A stretch of DNA of 63,880 bases, counting the filler, from Intoshia linei (Eukaryota; Animalia; Orthonectida): assembly GCA_001642005.1 (NCBI GenBank). It is 6 parts of 6 records of this genome, joined end to end, with 100 filler letters (N's around TTAATTAATTAA, not from the genome) between each part and the next. Parts side by side here need not be neighbours in the genome. Positions count along the whole stretch, not along the records: positions 36,208 to 62,431 come from LWCA01000477.1; 5 more parts are not named here. The stretch is one strand, 5' to 3'. A program made the translations under genes and the position numbers. Below, in pieces: positions 36,208 to 50,490 of the stretch (positions within the stretch are counted from its first letter, which is position 1; every line of letters starts with the position of its first letter). The notes below the pieces were generated by a model, which worked only from the letters and a program-made list of their open reading frames with translations, did no database searches and was not told the origin of the DNA.

Positions 36208-37368
36208 AAAATAGTCGTTTACTATTAATTAAGTATATGATACAATAAAAAAATACAATTTATTCATGGCCCATGTGAAATACAACTATATATAGAAAAA
36301 ATTATGTTAGCTATGGATCAGTTCAAACCTTCTTCATTGTACAGCCAATTGATAAATGGCCCTCCAACTTTTAACGGTGTAGAAAGAAGTTTAAGCATGC
36401 TGAAGACATTACTCTCAAAACAAATGAATTTTTTATCTAGTAACGTTACTAAATATTTAATACTGTACCATAATAAATCTTAATATTTAATTTTTTAAAT
36501 TATTTTAAAAAAAAAATTTTAACCGGGGGGACCAAATTGAATTTTTAACGTATTTTTGATAGGTTAGAAAAGTTAGAATTTTATTTTGATAGGTTATATT
36601 TTGACGATTTTATAGGTTAGAAAAAGTTTGCCCTAGTTATTACTAATTAATCTACGATTCTGAATATGATTGCAAAAATTTTTATTCCTCCGTCCATAGT
36701 TTAATCTAGCCGTATATAACTTTTTCATACAATACGAAATTTTTTTATATCACCTAATATAATTATTATTAATTTATAATAGTTTCTGTCGTGTACCCAA
36801 TCCATGTCCAGGAGTTTTAGACTTAATTTTACGGATAAAATGAAAATTATTACACGAGAATATCACAGTAAAACGTTTCTTATTTATGTGAAAAACAAAA
36901 CTTTTTTTAATGAACTAGTTAAATTTAATTAATATTGGAAAACTTATTTTAATCAGTTCTTTTGTATCATGTCCAGGTTTTTTTTAAAATTTGGTACATT
37001 GTATGTTGAAAGGTCATTGGAAATGAAAAATAAGGATAAATATATGTAACGTAATATATATGATTAAATAGGAAAAATATGTAAAATTACATTAGTCCTT
37101 GCAACTTTAATTTTAAATAAATGAATAATTTTTTAAACGATTATAATGTAATAATTTCGATAAGTTAGTAACTGAAATTCATGTAACCTAAAAAATTTTT
37201 TGTTCTCATTTTCGTCTGATAAAGTAAAATATAGTCGTTAAAAAATGTATATGAGTTGAAAATTTAATATCAACTCAATTTAACATTGAAACAAAATATA
37301 AAAAAGTACAAAACATTAAGAAAAAATTTAAATATACATTAAAAAAATAATACAATATAATACAAACA

Positions 37369-40300
37369 TCAATTTCCAACAATTTGATTATTTTCTTCTA
37401 ATGTTTCAGAAGGGGTATCAGGTTTTTTGACTTTCCAATTTTTAGCCATGGCAAGCAATTTAAGGTTTTTATTTTCGACTTTTTCATCTGGGAAAATAAA
37501 ATCATAATATTCTTCATAGCCTTCATCCTAAAAATAAATTAATATAATTAAACACTGGATTGGAATTAATTGATTTTTGAAAAATAGCAAGATTTTGAAG
37601 GTCAATATTAGGGTTGACAATTTCAGAATGAAATATCCAGAAAAAAATTTATAAAGTTATCAAAACTTTTATTAAATATATAGATACAACTATATTAGTA
37701 TAGTATAGTTGTCCATCATTCGATCACAAAAAAATCTAAGTCAAAAAATCAAGTTAGTCCAGAATGTATTAAATTCTCTGTAAAAAAATATGAATTTTAA
37801 ATTATTTTTATTTTTAAAATAATATCAAAGTAACCAGGAGTTCCAACACACCAATTTTCCAGGACGCCTCCAAATCATATTTTTTTAATATGATAAAGAG
37901 CAAATTCAGGAGATAATACTTGAAATTGTAGAAGATAATTAAGGTTTTTGACCCTGAAGAACTCAATTTCTGATATTCAAATTTGCTATAAAACTTAATC
38001 GACTAAAAATTATATTAGAAAGTGGTATTTTTAGCAAGCATTAGAAGCAGTTTTAATTTTGAATCGTTCAATTAACTATAAAAAATAATTAATTCTATAA
38101 TCAATTAATAATTAATGCAATTATTTCCAATCCATAAACACGACATACCATTCCCCTGAGAGATTCAATTTTCTTGCGTTTCTTGACTTTTTCTGGGTAT
38201 ATCTTGGTAATTTTATCCAACAATTCTTTGGATTTTTCCCGTTTCTAAAATTTAAAAAAATTAAATGATATTGTTTAAGAAAACAATTAAAAACATGATA
38301 AATAATATAAAATTACCGCAATTTTTCTCCATTGAGCGAGTAAATGAACGCAATGTTCTTTATTATTTTCGGTTCTAAGGATTTTGTATCCTTCATCAAA
38401 AACGTTATTACATGCATCCAATCCCAAGACTTCAAATTCAAACATTCCAAAACTAATCCAAACTTTAGCATTATTTGAAGATTTTTCAATCAATTTTCTA
38501 TATAAAGCTCTGGATTTACGGAATTCACTATTATCAGTTTCAAAGTCGATGTAAGCTTTCCATACAATTTCGGGCATATCCAAAAATTGCTGATCTATAG
38601 CCAATTCGAAAATTGCTCTGGCTCTAGCATCATCGCCCAATAATATTTCCATTTCTGAATACTAAAAAATGTGATATATAAATCAATGTCAATATTATCA
38701 AATTCTAGGGCCATTAAAATTTACAAATAGAAGCAATTCTGCAAGTCACATGGAACAATACTTAGTTTGGCCCTGATTAATATATTAAAATTTTTTCATA
38801 ATTACCTTGATCCATACACTACTTATTTTAGGATTAAAACATAAATACTTTTCATATAAAATACGACAACGATCAAATTGACGCAATTGCAATTCCATAT
38901 CAATGTAACCCTGAAATACATTTGATTTAGGACACATACCTATAGCTCTCCCCTAAATAAAGGTATAGTTATATCAGTCATACAAAATAAAAAACCAGAA
39001 TGCTTCTAGCTGCCTTTAAATTCAATTGTCGCAATTCAAATTTAGCATACATGAGCCACACTTTACCAAAAGTAAACATTTTGTGTGGAATAAGATCAAT
39101 TAATGTATTAAAAATTTCTCTAGATTTTTCAATTTCTTTGGTGATAACTTCTTCATAAATAGCATACTTGATCCAAATATAAACATACCTTTTCCAAAGT
39201 TTTTTAGACTAAATTAAAGTTATCAAGCACACACATAATAAACCTCATGATTAGGTACATTTGATATAGCAATTTCATACAATTCTCTAATTTGTTCGGA
39301 AGAAACATTTTCATTTTCACACAGCTCAATATAATCAAACCAAACATCATAATTGTCTGGTTCAAGGTCCACTTTCTACAAAAAGTTAACAATATTCATA
39401 AAAAATAAACCTGTTGATAAATAATTTTCCTTTTTCCAACAATAACATCTTCAATACCTCCAATTTCTTCTCCAAACTTTTTTTGATGCAAAACATAGGC
39501 ACTCATCATAAGCTCATGTTCTTTATCAGTTAACCTTTCCATAGAATATTTATAAATTACTCGTGCTCTTTCATGCTAGATATTAATTTAACTTAATTAT
39601 TTAAAATAAATCATACCTCAGTGCGCCTTTCTTCGAATTTGGCGAACCCAATCATTAATTTAGCATTAATATATTCGTCTCCAAAAAATGTGACGGCTCT
39701 TTCATAAATTTCACGAGCTTTCGTGTACGCTCCACCCCTTTCCTCGAATCTGGCGTATTTTAACCAATTGTGTACATTAGGGTGAACATAAATAAACTTT
39801 TCATAAACCATTCGAGCTCGATTCAATTCATTATATCGCAATTCAAAGTTTATATAAGAATGCCAAGCCTGTTCATCTGGCTGCCATTCCATCCACCGTT
39901 CAAATATTTGACGAGCAGCTGACATTTAATAAAAATAATATAAATTTTAACGTACCTGGTACATTTTTTAACATTTCTTCCATGTAGGCATATTTATACC
40001 AAAACTGGTTGACTCGAGGGAAAAGAGTTACTGCTCTGTCCCATAAATTTCTAGCATGGTTGATTTGTTTGTTTCTACAAAATTACATGCATTAGTATAT
40101 TTAACAATAAAATTACTTCATTTCCATTTCAGCGTATCTTAGCCAAACTACGACTATTCTGTGATCAACGTCTAAACATCGTTCATAGACGGAACGAGAT
40201 CTAAATAAAATTAATGAAATATTGAATTTTAACTGACCAATGAGAATAAAAATTAATTCATTTAAATTTTTTATTTAAGAGATAATATTGCATCATTAAA

Positions 40301-42956
40301 AAATATTATTGTACAATCCGGACACCATTTTATACCAAATTTTTTTGAAAAACACGATTTTACAAGAATCTTGTAACAAGATTATTTGAGATTTTTAGGT
40401 AACATTTTATTATTGACTCACTGAGTTTATTTTTTTTGTAAAATTAAAAGTTTATTTGACCCTAAGAAATGAATGCAAATTTGCATTTATTTAAGCTGAA
40501 GGATAAAAAAGCAAGATGAGTCGAGTATTAAAAATTCCACATTTCTATTAGTTTTTTGATTGTGAAGTTCTATCAAAATTTAATAGAAATTGAGTCCATC
40601 AATGTCAAATTATCTTTTTTTTAATAATTATTAAGGTTTATAATTAAATTAAGAGTATTGAATTATAAAAAATACACAATCTGATACAGATTTTAAAATA
40701 AACATTAGGATAAATTTCAATTTTAAAATCTTATATCTTCACGGCAAAAACCACCAAATTACCATTTTATAAAAACGAAAAAAATATTCAATAACTAATT
40801 TTTAGAATTTAATCAAAATATAAAGATCCGATAAAACTAATTCCAGTTATATAAATACAAAATTTCGACCTCAAAAATCTACGCATTCCCGGTGAAAAAT
40901 AACGTTTAATATAATATCAACTAATATTATAAAATTATCAAATGAAAATATTAAATTATAATTATTATGATAAATAATATTTATCCTACTACTGCAGTGA
41001 TTCCCAAACTTTTTTCACCATGGACCACTTGTCACAAAAAAATATGTGTGGACCACATAATTTTTAATTAATTCCTTAATCCTGAACACGTCACTAAGGT
41101 AATATTTACATTTTAATATTATATATTCCTCCTTAAATCGAAAATTTAACATTAATTTTGACATGGTAGCTTCAATGGCGTAATTAAAAAAATTATTAAT
41201 TTCTAACATAATTATGGTGAACTACCAGTGCTGAACCTACCGTATCCGATACCCTTCTACCGATGGATCTCAACGAAATTTTTTTCAGATGGAGCTTTAA
41301 TTTACCAAATTGAGAATTAAATTTTTTTTTGAATATCAACTAATTTGTGTGTTAAATTTAAAATGTTAACTCAAGAGTCTTAACAGTTGGATAGGGTCAT
41401 ATGACATTATAATTCGTTTACATTTTTTTTAAGGGTTATTTTTCATTTTAGGAGTGGCCACGAGGATTTAATATTATTGTTTAAAAAAGGTTCTCTTCAT
41501 TTTATTAAAAATTTTTCTTATGTACCACCTAGAATTTCCTGTGGACCACTTTTGGAACCACTGTACTACTGTAATTCAAAAAAAATAGGAATTTACTTAT
41601 TACACATTTGAAATACAGAAATATGGTTTCAATCTGTTGTATCAACCTCTTTTCGATATTTTATAATAAACCTTTCAATTTCTTTTTGTTGAATTTCCCA
41701 ATCAGCATATTTCAACCAATTGTGCAATGAGCTCTTGTTTCGACGTAACACATCTTCAAATTCCTATAATTGTGGAATAAATTTACATGAAAACAAAATA
41801 AAAACACACAAACAAAAAAACACGGTACAGATATAACAGTGTGACAAAATGTAAGTTTAGTAACAAAAAAAAGTAATTTTTGTCAAAATTACACTCTGTG
41901 CCAGAACTGTCATTTTCTTATTTTTTACTGATATTATACAGGGTGGGCCGTAAGTTGTGCACCAAACAATTAATTTAATTAATTTTGTAGACTATGATGT
42001 TTTGTTCAGCGACGAAGCTAATTTCTTTGTAAACGGCGAAGTTAATAAACAAAACTTTCGTTATTATTCGCGCGAAAACCAGCATTGGATGGATTCTACT
42101 AAAGAGCACTCATGTCCAAAAATGCTAGTGTGGTGCGGACTTTGGAGGATTCATGTTTTGGGCCCATTCTTTTTCAACAAGACAGTGACCGGCGAGGTGT
42201 ACTTGAAAATGGTACAAAATGATCTCATGTCACAGATGGAGAGCATCGGTGAAGGAAAACCCCTTTGGTTTATTAACTCATTAGCGCCCCGCCTCATTAC
42301 GCCACGATTGTGCGAAATTGGCTAAATGGCAATTTTGAAAAGTGGATTGGGCATAGACACCATTCTATTCTATTCCATTCTATGGCCATTTGACAATTGT
42401 ACAATTTACAGTGTACACCAGCACGACGTTATGTTTAATCGTCAACATTTTATGGGGGACTTTGGTATGATTCGAAAAAATGTACTGATGGGTACAAGTA
42501 AAGCTAATCCCGTTCAAAAATTAATAAATACAAGAATATACCTTCCTTTTTCTTATTCTAAAATCACGCAACTCTTCTTCGTCATTGATTTTTTGAACTG
42601 GAGGCTACAAACAAGCAAATAAACATTTTTTTAATAAAGAAATAAAAACCGGTTGCACGAGTTCTAATTCACGTTCTTTAGCTTCACGAATCAATTGCTC
42701 CGCTGTTATTTGAATTGCGGCAGGAGCCTTATTCTTGACCTAAAATAAATGTAAAATAAAAAACAGTATCACACATAAACGCAAAAGATATGTAAAGTTG
42801 AATAGGAATACAAATATGAACAGTACAAATTCCGATATAATAGGTAATATTAATAGAATAACTAATCTTACCAATCATAAATCTGTAAACTAAAAAATAC
42901 ATAGAATAACATACCTTTGCCACTTTAGAAACACGTCTTTGAGCTCTTTCATTCAT
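37369..42956 (-). CDS. CRNKL1: Crooked neck-like protein 1 (Clf1/Syf3 HAT-repeat splicing factor), complete multi-exon gene
   Basis: [52 protein letters not shown]../..[28 protein letters not shown]../[28 protein letters not shown]../[25 protein letters not shown]. Confidence 0.96.
40995..41563. mobile_element. hAT MITE nested in a Helitron-like copy in a CRNKL1 intron
   Basis: CAGTGATTCCCAAA...TTTGGAACCACTG with a perfect TSD TACTACTG. Confidence 0.85.
41939..42355 (+). mobile_element. Tc1/mariner-superfamily relic (DD41D/rosa-like) in a CRNKL1 intron
   Basis: TA|CAGGGTG terminus; [51 protein letters not shown]; frameshift near the second catalytic Asp; N-terminal part deleted. Confidence 0.8.
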
Positions 42957-43197
42957 CTTGATATTCAAATTGAAAGAAAGATTGAATTATACATAAAATA
43001 AACTTACGTTTATATTAATTAGTTTATTTGAGTTTCAATTTCTATGAGTATATCGAGATTCTCGACTAAAATTGATTTCAACGCTATAATATAGTGAACT
43101 TATCCAGTTTATTTTAAACTGGATTAATCCAAGTTCTAGGTGATAGTTCATAGCAATATCAGAATATTTGTTTACAATTTATCATTAAGTTTTAAAA

Positions 43198-46100
43198 ATG
43201 TTTAAAAATATTAATAAAATTTGCTGCAGACAAATAAAAAATGGCAATTTAAAACAAAAGTTATACAATTTTGGTAAAATTGATAAAATTTTACTAAAAA
43301 TAATTAAATAAAATATTAATAGGACCCATTGCCAATACATCAACCTTGTCCAAATATATTTTTAGTACGGATGAAAAATATGAAATGATTGCAGATATGT
43401 GTAGAAATTTTGCAACAAAGGAACTTAAACCGATTGCAGCCAAAATGGATCTAAAATCTAAATTTGATATGGGAATTGTAATTTTTATGTCATTTTAATA
43501 ATTATATGAAAAATATTTATTTTTATCAATATTGTCACTCTTTTTTCAAAATATCATTTTTAAAAAAATTCTAAACGTATGCTTGCATAATCACGAATCG
43601 TGATTAACGATACACTTAATAAATTTATACATTTACAATTCTAAAATTAAATACTAAATATTGTATATTAGACATATTAGAAACATACTAAATATAAATT
43701 CAAATTAAATTTAAAAATATATGATAACAAGTTTATTTTATACACTTTGTAGTGATATATCACTATCATACTAAGAATATTAAAAAATCCACTAAAAGAA
43801 ATTAAAATTGACTAAAAGCTTGTCTGTTTTGTTTTTACAAACTACAGTGAAGCCTCTCAATACCGCCAAGTTTGGTATTTCAATATTTATGGCGGTATTG
43901 AGTATATCATTATAGGAACGGTTAAACAATACACATCAATATATATAGTAAAATAACAAAAAAAAGATACTTCAACGAACCAAAACAATATAATCCTAAC
44001 TTATATAAAAGGCTACGCGATTTTTGTTTGTGTGTGTCTGTGTGTGTGACTTTAATGAAATAACTACCACTCTTAGAATTTTATAAAGACCACATTTCAA
44101 TTACAGTTTTTTCCGGGACGTATAATAAGATAATTGGTTGATAATCCCATAAAGTTTTTTCTTATTAAATTTTACCTTAAATGAGTTTATTATTTCTTGA
44201 TCGAGTGATTGAAGGATACTTGGTAACATTTATGGTAAACTAGTGCTACCATATTGTTGTATAAAAATTAAGTTAAATTTTAACATATTTTGACAAATTT
44301 TTTTTTAAAATATTTTTAAATTTGTGGCGGTATTGAGAATTTTCCTTATAAGTTTGTTACAAAATTTAAAAATAGTGGCGATATTGAAAGGTCTCTCTGT
44401 ATTGTGCATCGCACACTGCAGTGCACAATTTTATAACAAATATTCTCTAAATTAGCCTTAACATAACGGAAAACATTACATTGCTTTTGAAAATTGAATA
44501 TTTCGATTGAAAACATTACTTTGAATCAAGATTCTATATATATATTTTTAAAATAGGTAAAAAAACTTGGAAAATTAGGACTAATGTGTGCAACAGTTCC
44601 AGCAACATATGGAGGTTCAGATATGGATTATATTTCATATGTTATTGCGGGAGAAGAAATATCAAAAGGCTGCGCATCTACTACAATAATGATTAGTGTT
44701 AATAATGTAAAAATTTTGATGATTTAGCACGGATTTTGCCTTGCCTTTTTAACAAAATTTGTTGAAAAGGTTTAACGTTTATGAACAATTATGTATTCCA
44801 AACCCAATGTAGAATACTTTTATTAGTCTTACTTTAATAGTACAGAATTTAATTTTTTAATTGTATTAAATTAATATAAAAAAAATTTAATCGTAAATTT
44901 GAAACTATAAATAATTATAAATGTTATAAATTAAATGATATATTTAGACTTTATACTTATACCCTTTAATAAAATTTGGTACAAAGGAACAAATTGAAAT
45001 ATTCGGTATGCCTTATATGAATGGTGATAAAATGGGTTGTTTTGCTCTCACGGAACCAGGTATTTATTTATACTTATTACATGTAATTCATTTTTAAAAA
45101 AAAGTGTAAGATTTGATTAGATATCTGGGGTTTAGATATTAAAAATTTACTTTTTGAGGATGCGATTTATGATAATGTTTATGTACAAAATGTTTTGAAA
45201 ATTGTGTAGCAATGAAAAAAGTTCCAAAGGAATGAATTATATAGATTTTCACCCATATTTCTATATTAGAAATTTGTAGACGTTCAATGCACATTTTTTT
45301 TGAAATTGTAGGATCAATACATTTACAAATTTTATGGCTGTTTTCATTAAAAAAAAGAGTAATTTGGAGTTTTGGCCCTGAAGATATATTTTTTTTAAAT
45401 TTAATTTAACTTAAATCCAACTAATTTGATTTTCAAAAAAAAGACAATTGGGCTTTTTGACCCGTAAGATGTGAGTTTAGGAGGTTGAAATTTATTTTGC
45501 TAACACCCCGAAAAAAACTGTAATTGAAATGTGAACTTTATAAAATTCTAAGACTGGTAGTTATTGAAATAAACGGTAACACACACACAAATAAATATTG
45601 CATAGCATATTATATAAGTAATTTTTTAATTATTTAATTTGATAATACAGGTAATGGAAGCGATGCAGGTATGACGTAAGATGATTTGATGAAATAAGAA
45701 ATATTAAATAGGAGCTGCGTCAACAAAAGCAACATTTGATTTAGATAATAAAGAATGGATACTCAATGGAGAAAAAGCATTTATAACTGCTGCAAGCGTA
45801 TCAGAATCTTGCATTGTATTTTATTAATTCCAAAATTATAAAATTTAAATAATTTTAAAATATTTATTGTTATTAACTACACGGTTCATGGTTAATTTTA
45901 CCTAATAAAATTTGCAGTAGGGGGTGAATTTTTTCAAAAATATTAGAATTGGATGGAAGGTTAACAAACAATCCATATTCGATGAACTAAATTATTTGGT
46001 GGAAAAATACAAAGTTTAGATTAGTAGGCTTTCATATTATATGACGTAAATCTCAGGTTTAACTAGACTCTAAGTGTCACAGTACGAGAATCGAATTATT

Positions 46101-49100
46101 TCCATGTGGCTCGCGGAGCTGCACAAATTTTTTTAAAAAAAAGACCAACCTACCCCTGATTCTTTAATGGATTGACACAATATTGTACAGGTTGTATTGC
46201 CGGTTCAATATTATTTTTTATATTAAATTAATGGTTGTTCCATTTTTAATTCTGTTATTCAAAATGTGTTTAATAAATGTTTTATCTTAAAATTTGTTTT
46301 GATGGGTCTTTTGAAGGCACACTGAAAAATATTAAATAAATAAATATTTAAAAATGTAAATGTAATAATTGTATTATAATAAAAATTTAAGGTATTTGCA
46401 ACAACGGACAAGGATAAAAAACATAAAGTATTTTAATTTATATTTTAAACTACATAGTGTATATCAGGGGACGGCAACTAGTGGCCCACAGATTTATTTT
46501 GGTGGCCTTTTGAATAAATACATACATGTATGTAAATATGTAAATTATTTATTTTTCAACTTTTAAACACCGTTTTAAACATTTTCTACTATAATTGGTT
46601 CATTATAATCATTTATATTCTGAATTTTCTGCTCGCCCTGGATACTATTTTGTTGAATATACTAGAACAGTTTCTTTTCAGTTAAAATTGACATGTATCA
46701 TGTGTACATTTTCAAAAATGGAGCCACTACATGCATTGATACTTTATACAAACGGTATTTAGCTCTCCAGTTTTTTAATTGAATTTTTTGGAGTAGGGAA
46801 AATCAAACACAAATGTATATTAATACACTTTGTTATAACCTTTTAATATTATTTTTTTTTAATCATAAAAACGTCATTTTTATTAAACGTTTTATATTAT
46901 GATATACTATTTTTAAAATGTAGACATAATTAAATAATCATAGGGAATAAGTGCATTTCTTGTACCCTTAAAATCGGAAGGAGTAACAGTTGGAAAACCG
47001 GAAAATAAATTGGGTATACGAGCTTCACCTACCAGTAGTATTAATTTTGATAATGTTCGAGTATCAGAGAAAAATATTTTGGGACAAAAAGGAGATGGTT
47101 TTAAAATTGCAATGGTATTTTATTTTAACTACCAAAATTAATGACTTAAATGATTCTAAATTCATTTTATGTTTTTTACTTACACTTTTTTAGATGACTT
47201 TGGATGTTGGAAGAATTTCTGTAGCGTCCCAGGCTGTCGGAATTGCACAAGTATAATATTGTACATTTATTTTATTTTATATTTTATTTACATTCCATAC
47301 AATTAGGCTGCATTGGAAGTATCAGTACAATATACTAAGGAAAGAAAATCGTTCAACAAAAATCTCTGTCAACTTCAAACCATTCAAGTGAATTAATTTA
47401 ATATAAATTATAATATTGACATCAATATTAAGTTTACACCCGTCACGTCGTCCTTGTCATTTGTAGATGCATTTCTGTGATTTTTACCGAAATACATGGT
47501 TATGTGGAATAAAGTGGTTTTTAGATTTTAAACCAGAGTTTCGAAAATGTCGGTCTTAAAAAAATATTAAAATTTTAATAATTTAATTAATATATTTTAA
47601 TAAATACAGTCAGACCTGTATATATTGAACACCAAACGTAATAAACATTTCGTTGAGCCAATATTAACAATAATTTTTTTAGCAAAATATCTATTTTATA
47701 TGAAAGTACTGTATAGTAATTTATTAGACAATGAACAGTGAGCGCTTTTTAAAATAAAGTTTATTTTTTATTTACGTAAAGTAACCAGATTAAATAACTA
47801 CCGTCAATTTTAGTTTATTATGTGTTAAATTTAAAGCTAAAACTACTTATTTATGATCACGAATAAAAATTTTTGGCTTAAAATTTAAAATTAAAATTAA
47901 AATTTTTTTTTTTGGTAAATTTTACCTTTAATTTATTGATATTTTACAGAATTTAGTTGAGGGGGTGGGAAACCTTATGATAATAACGGGTCGGATGGTA
48001 GATTCTGATAATTGGGCGGATCGGACACAATAAAAATACGAAATATAATTGTACAAATTAAAAAGAAAATTGGATCCCGTATTGAAAATAGGAAAATCAT
48101 AGTTGTCCGATCGTACCATATATCCCTTTCGCGGACATTTAGTTTTGTAAAACTTTAAAAAAACAATCATATGAATAAATTTAAAAAAACCATATACAGT
48201 TCATTATAAACTCTATAATGAATATGGTTATTTTTTTAAAGTTTTACTTTAAGCTTAAGTTTTAAAGTTTAGTGCTCATTATATACAGGTCACATTTTAA
48301 TAAAATGCATAAATAAATAATTTATTATATTATCACTTAGGAGTCAATTTATTACGTTTTTTATCAAAATTTTATTAATGTTGTTTAGTAATTTCGGTTT
48401 AATGATCCGCGATAAATTTTATACAGAGTCAGGCGTAAAAAAAGTGTGGGAACTCCTGTTTTAAACAATATATTATTAATTTGTTATTGTTGTCTGTCTA
48501 TTAGAGAGATAAGTATAACCAGTGGCTGTCAGTCACGTTAGATAAAAGGTATAAACCATTACATGAAAACTGTTCGATTCGATGTAGTATAATTTTTCAA
48601 AATCAAAAAAACTATACAAACCACCAGGGTGTCAATTATGCGGCCCGTGAGCCATTTGCGGTCCCAATTGTGGAATGTGCGGCCCGCGTTATAATTAGTG
48701 ATTGAGCGGGGGGAAAAATCGGAACAAAATTCCCGGGATTTCCCGAAAAAAATTGAAACATACCTGTATTTAATTTATGTTTGTTATTACTATGAAAATA
48801 TAATTATATTATAATATTTAAAATTTACCATTTCAAAAATACCATTTCAAGCTCTCATGGAAAAATTGACTTACACTGATATTTTTTTATAAATCCGATT
48901 TTACGAAATTTTATGAAAAAAATCCTTATCATCAAACCACAAATAAAAAATCTAATTTTCCATCCCTTAACGGAAAAATATCCTTTTTTTAAAAACCTCT
49001 TATTTCCAACCACAAATTACTAACGCTTAAGGGAATTATCCTTTTTTTTTAATATTATTTTGAAAAATTGTTGTTACGAACTAGAACGGTATCACCAAGA

Positions 49101-50258
49101 TTGTTAAAAATTAAAGGAAGCCCTTATAACCGTTTAACCTAAGTCAACACAAAATAAAAGAAATTTCTCTATTGCTTTTAATTTTGTTACAAAACGTAGA
49201 ACGCGTTTAAAAGACGAATCTATCAATATTATGTGTTTTAAAACACTTTTTCAACAAACTAAAATAATTAAATTTGTAAATTTCAATCTAGTAATCAAAT
49301 AAAATTTTTAATTCTTTTGTATTATATATGAATAAAAATTTTTTATTTTTTTGAGTTAAAAATTAAATTTCCTGGGAAATCATAATCACTAGTTATAATA
49401 TAAATTTTTATTTTTATAACAATTTTAACATTATTTGTAGTTACATTACTATTGTATTCCTTTATTCTTTTCTTATTTTATTTTATGAATTTAAATTATT
49501 ATAAATTAATTAAAACTGTTAGTTTTAACATAATTTTAAGAGTAAAGATTTTTATTGTGCGGCCCGCGTAATATTTTTTTCACACTTGGCCCACCAAGCA
49601 ATTGAGTCTGACACCCCTGCTCAATATTAACAAACTTGGTTTAATAATGTAAAAAGTAGAAAAAATGGGCTAATGATATTTGGGGCTATCATATTTTCGT
49701 AGATTTTCTTCAGGATGCTGTGTGTAGTACGTTCGTCAATAATTATTTACTTAATTATAAACAGTATTTATAATAGATAAAACTAGCCGACATGGAAACT
49801 AGAATAAACGCAAGCCGGTTATTATGTTTTCAGTGTGCTTCCATCATGGATCAGAATCAAAACATTACAAAAAGTGCAGCTATGGCTAAACTATATGCAT
49901 CTGAAACGGCAACGTATGTAACTCACCAGGTACATAATACTATTTATTTTTCTTTTCTTTAATGCGTTTTAGTATAAACTTTATATGCTGTGTAGATTTT
50001 TATTTTATAGAATTATGATTTAAAAAATGTATATAAAGTTTTTCCTACACAGCGTACTTTGTACTAATGTGTTAAAATGGATTGTATTACATTTAAAAAA
50101 TATTAAAGGCTTTACAAATACATGGTGGAGTTGGTTACATGTCAGAATATCCACTGGAAAGACATTATAGGGATGCGAGAATAACAGAAATTTATGAAGG
50201 AACGAGTGAAATACAAAGGTTGGTTATTGCCGCTCAATTACTTAAAGAATACGAATAA
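43198..50258 (+). CDS. ACADS: Short-chain acyl-CoA dehydrogenase, mitochondrial; complete multi-exon gene
   Basis: [15 protein letters not shown]../[18 protein letters not shown]/..[64 protein letters not shown]../[19 protein letters not shown]/..[13 protein letters not shown]../[36 protein letters not shown]. Confidence 0.95.
43844..44401. mobile_element. pogo/Tigger-like MITE (TA-flanked) containing a Helitron-like 5' fragment at ~43994
   Basis: TACAGTGAAGCCTCTCAATACCGCCA...TGGCGATATTGAAAGGTCTCTCTGTA with internal GGCGGTATTGAG repeats. Confidence 0.65.
48624..49619. mobile_element. Charlie-like hAT MITE carrying a nested hAT element
   Basis: Ends CAGGGTGTCAA...CTGACACCCCTG with repeated GCGGCCCG motifs. 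Confidence 0.65.
48696..49391. mobile_element. Non-autonomous hAT element nested in the previous MITE
   Basis: TAGTGATT...AATCACTA ends; perfect TSD GTTATAAT at 48688-48695 and 49392-49399; subterminal TTCCCGGGA-like motifs. Confidence 0.8.
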
Positions 50259-50490
50259 ATTTTGTATTTTAATACACATTGTCTTACAAATTAGTATGTA
50301 ATTTACCGTGGTTCTATCATTATCGACGTAACAATACAAAATGTATAGTTTCATTTATATTTTTAAACTGTTTTATAAAATTTTTGGGCTAATTTTATTT
50401 TTAAACAAAAGAAACGTATAAAAAACAACAAATTTATAAAATTTAATTGAAATATGTGAAATCGTGAGGAATGTAAATAGACCTAAAAAA

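Noticed and set aside
36280-36640. VERSLSMLK-like fragment of a hAT C-terminus
   Set aside because: Plausible relic, but too short and degraded to delimit.
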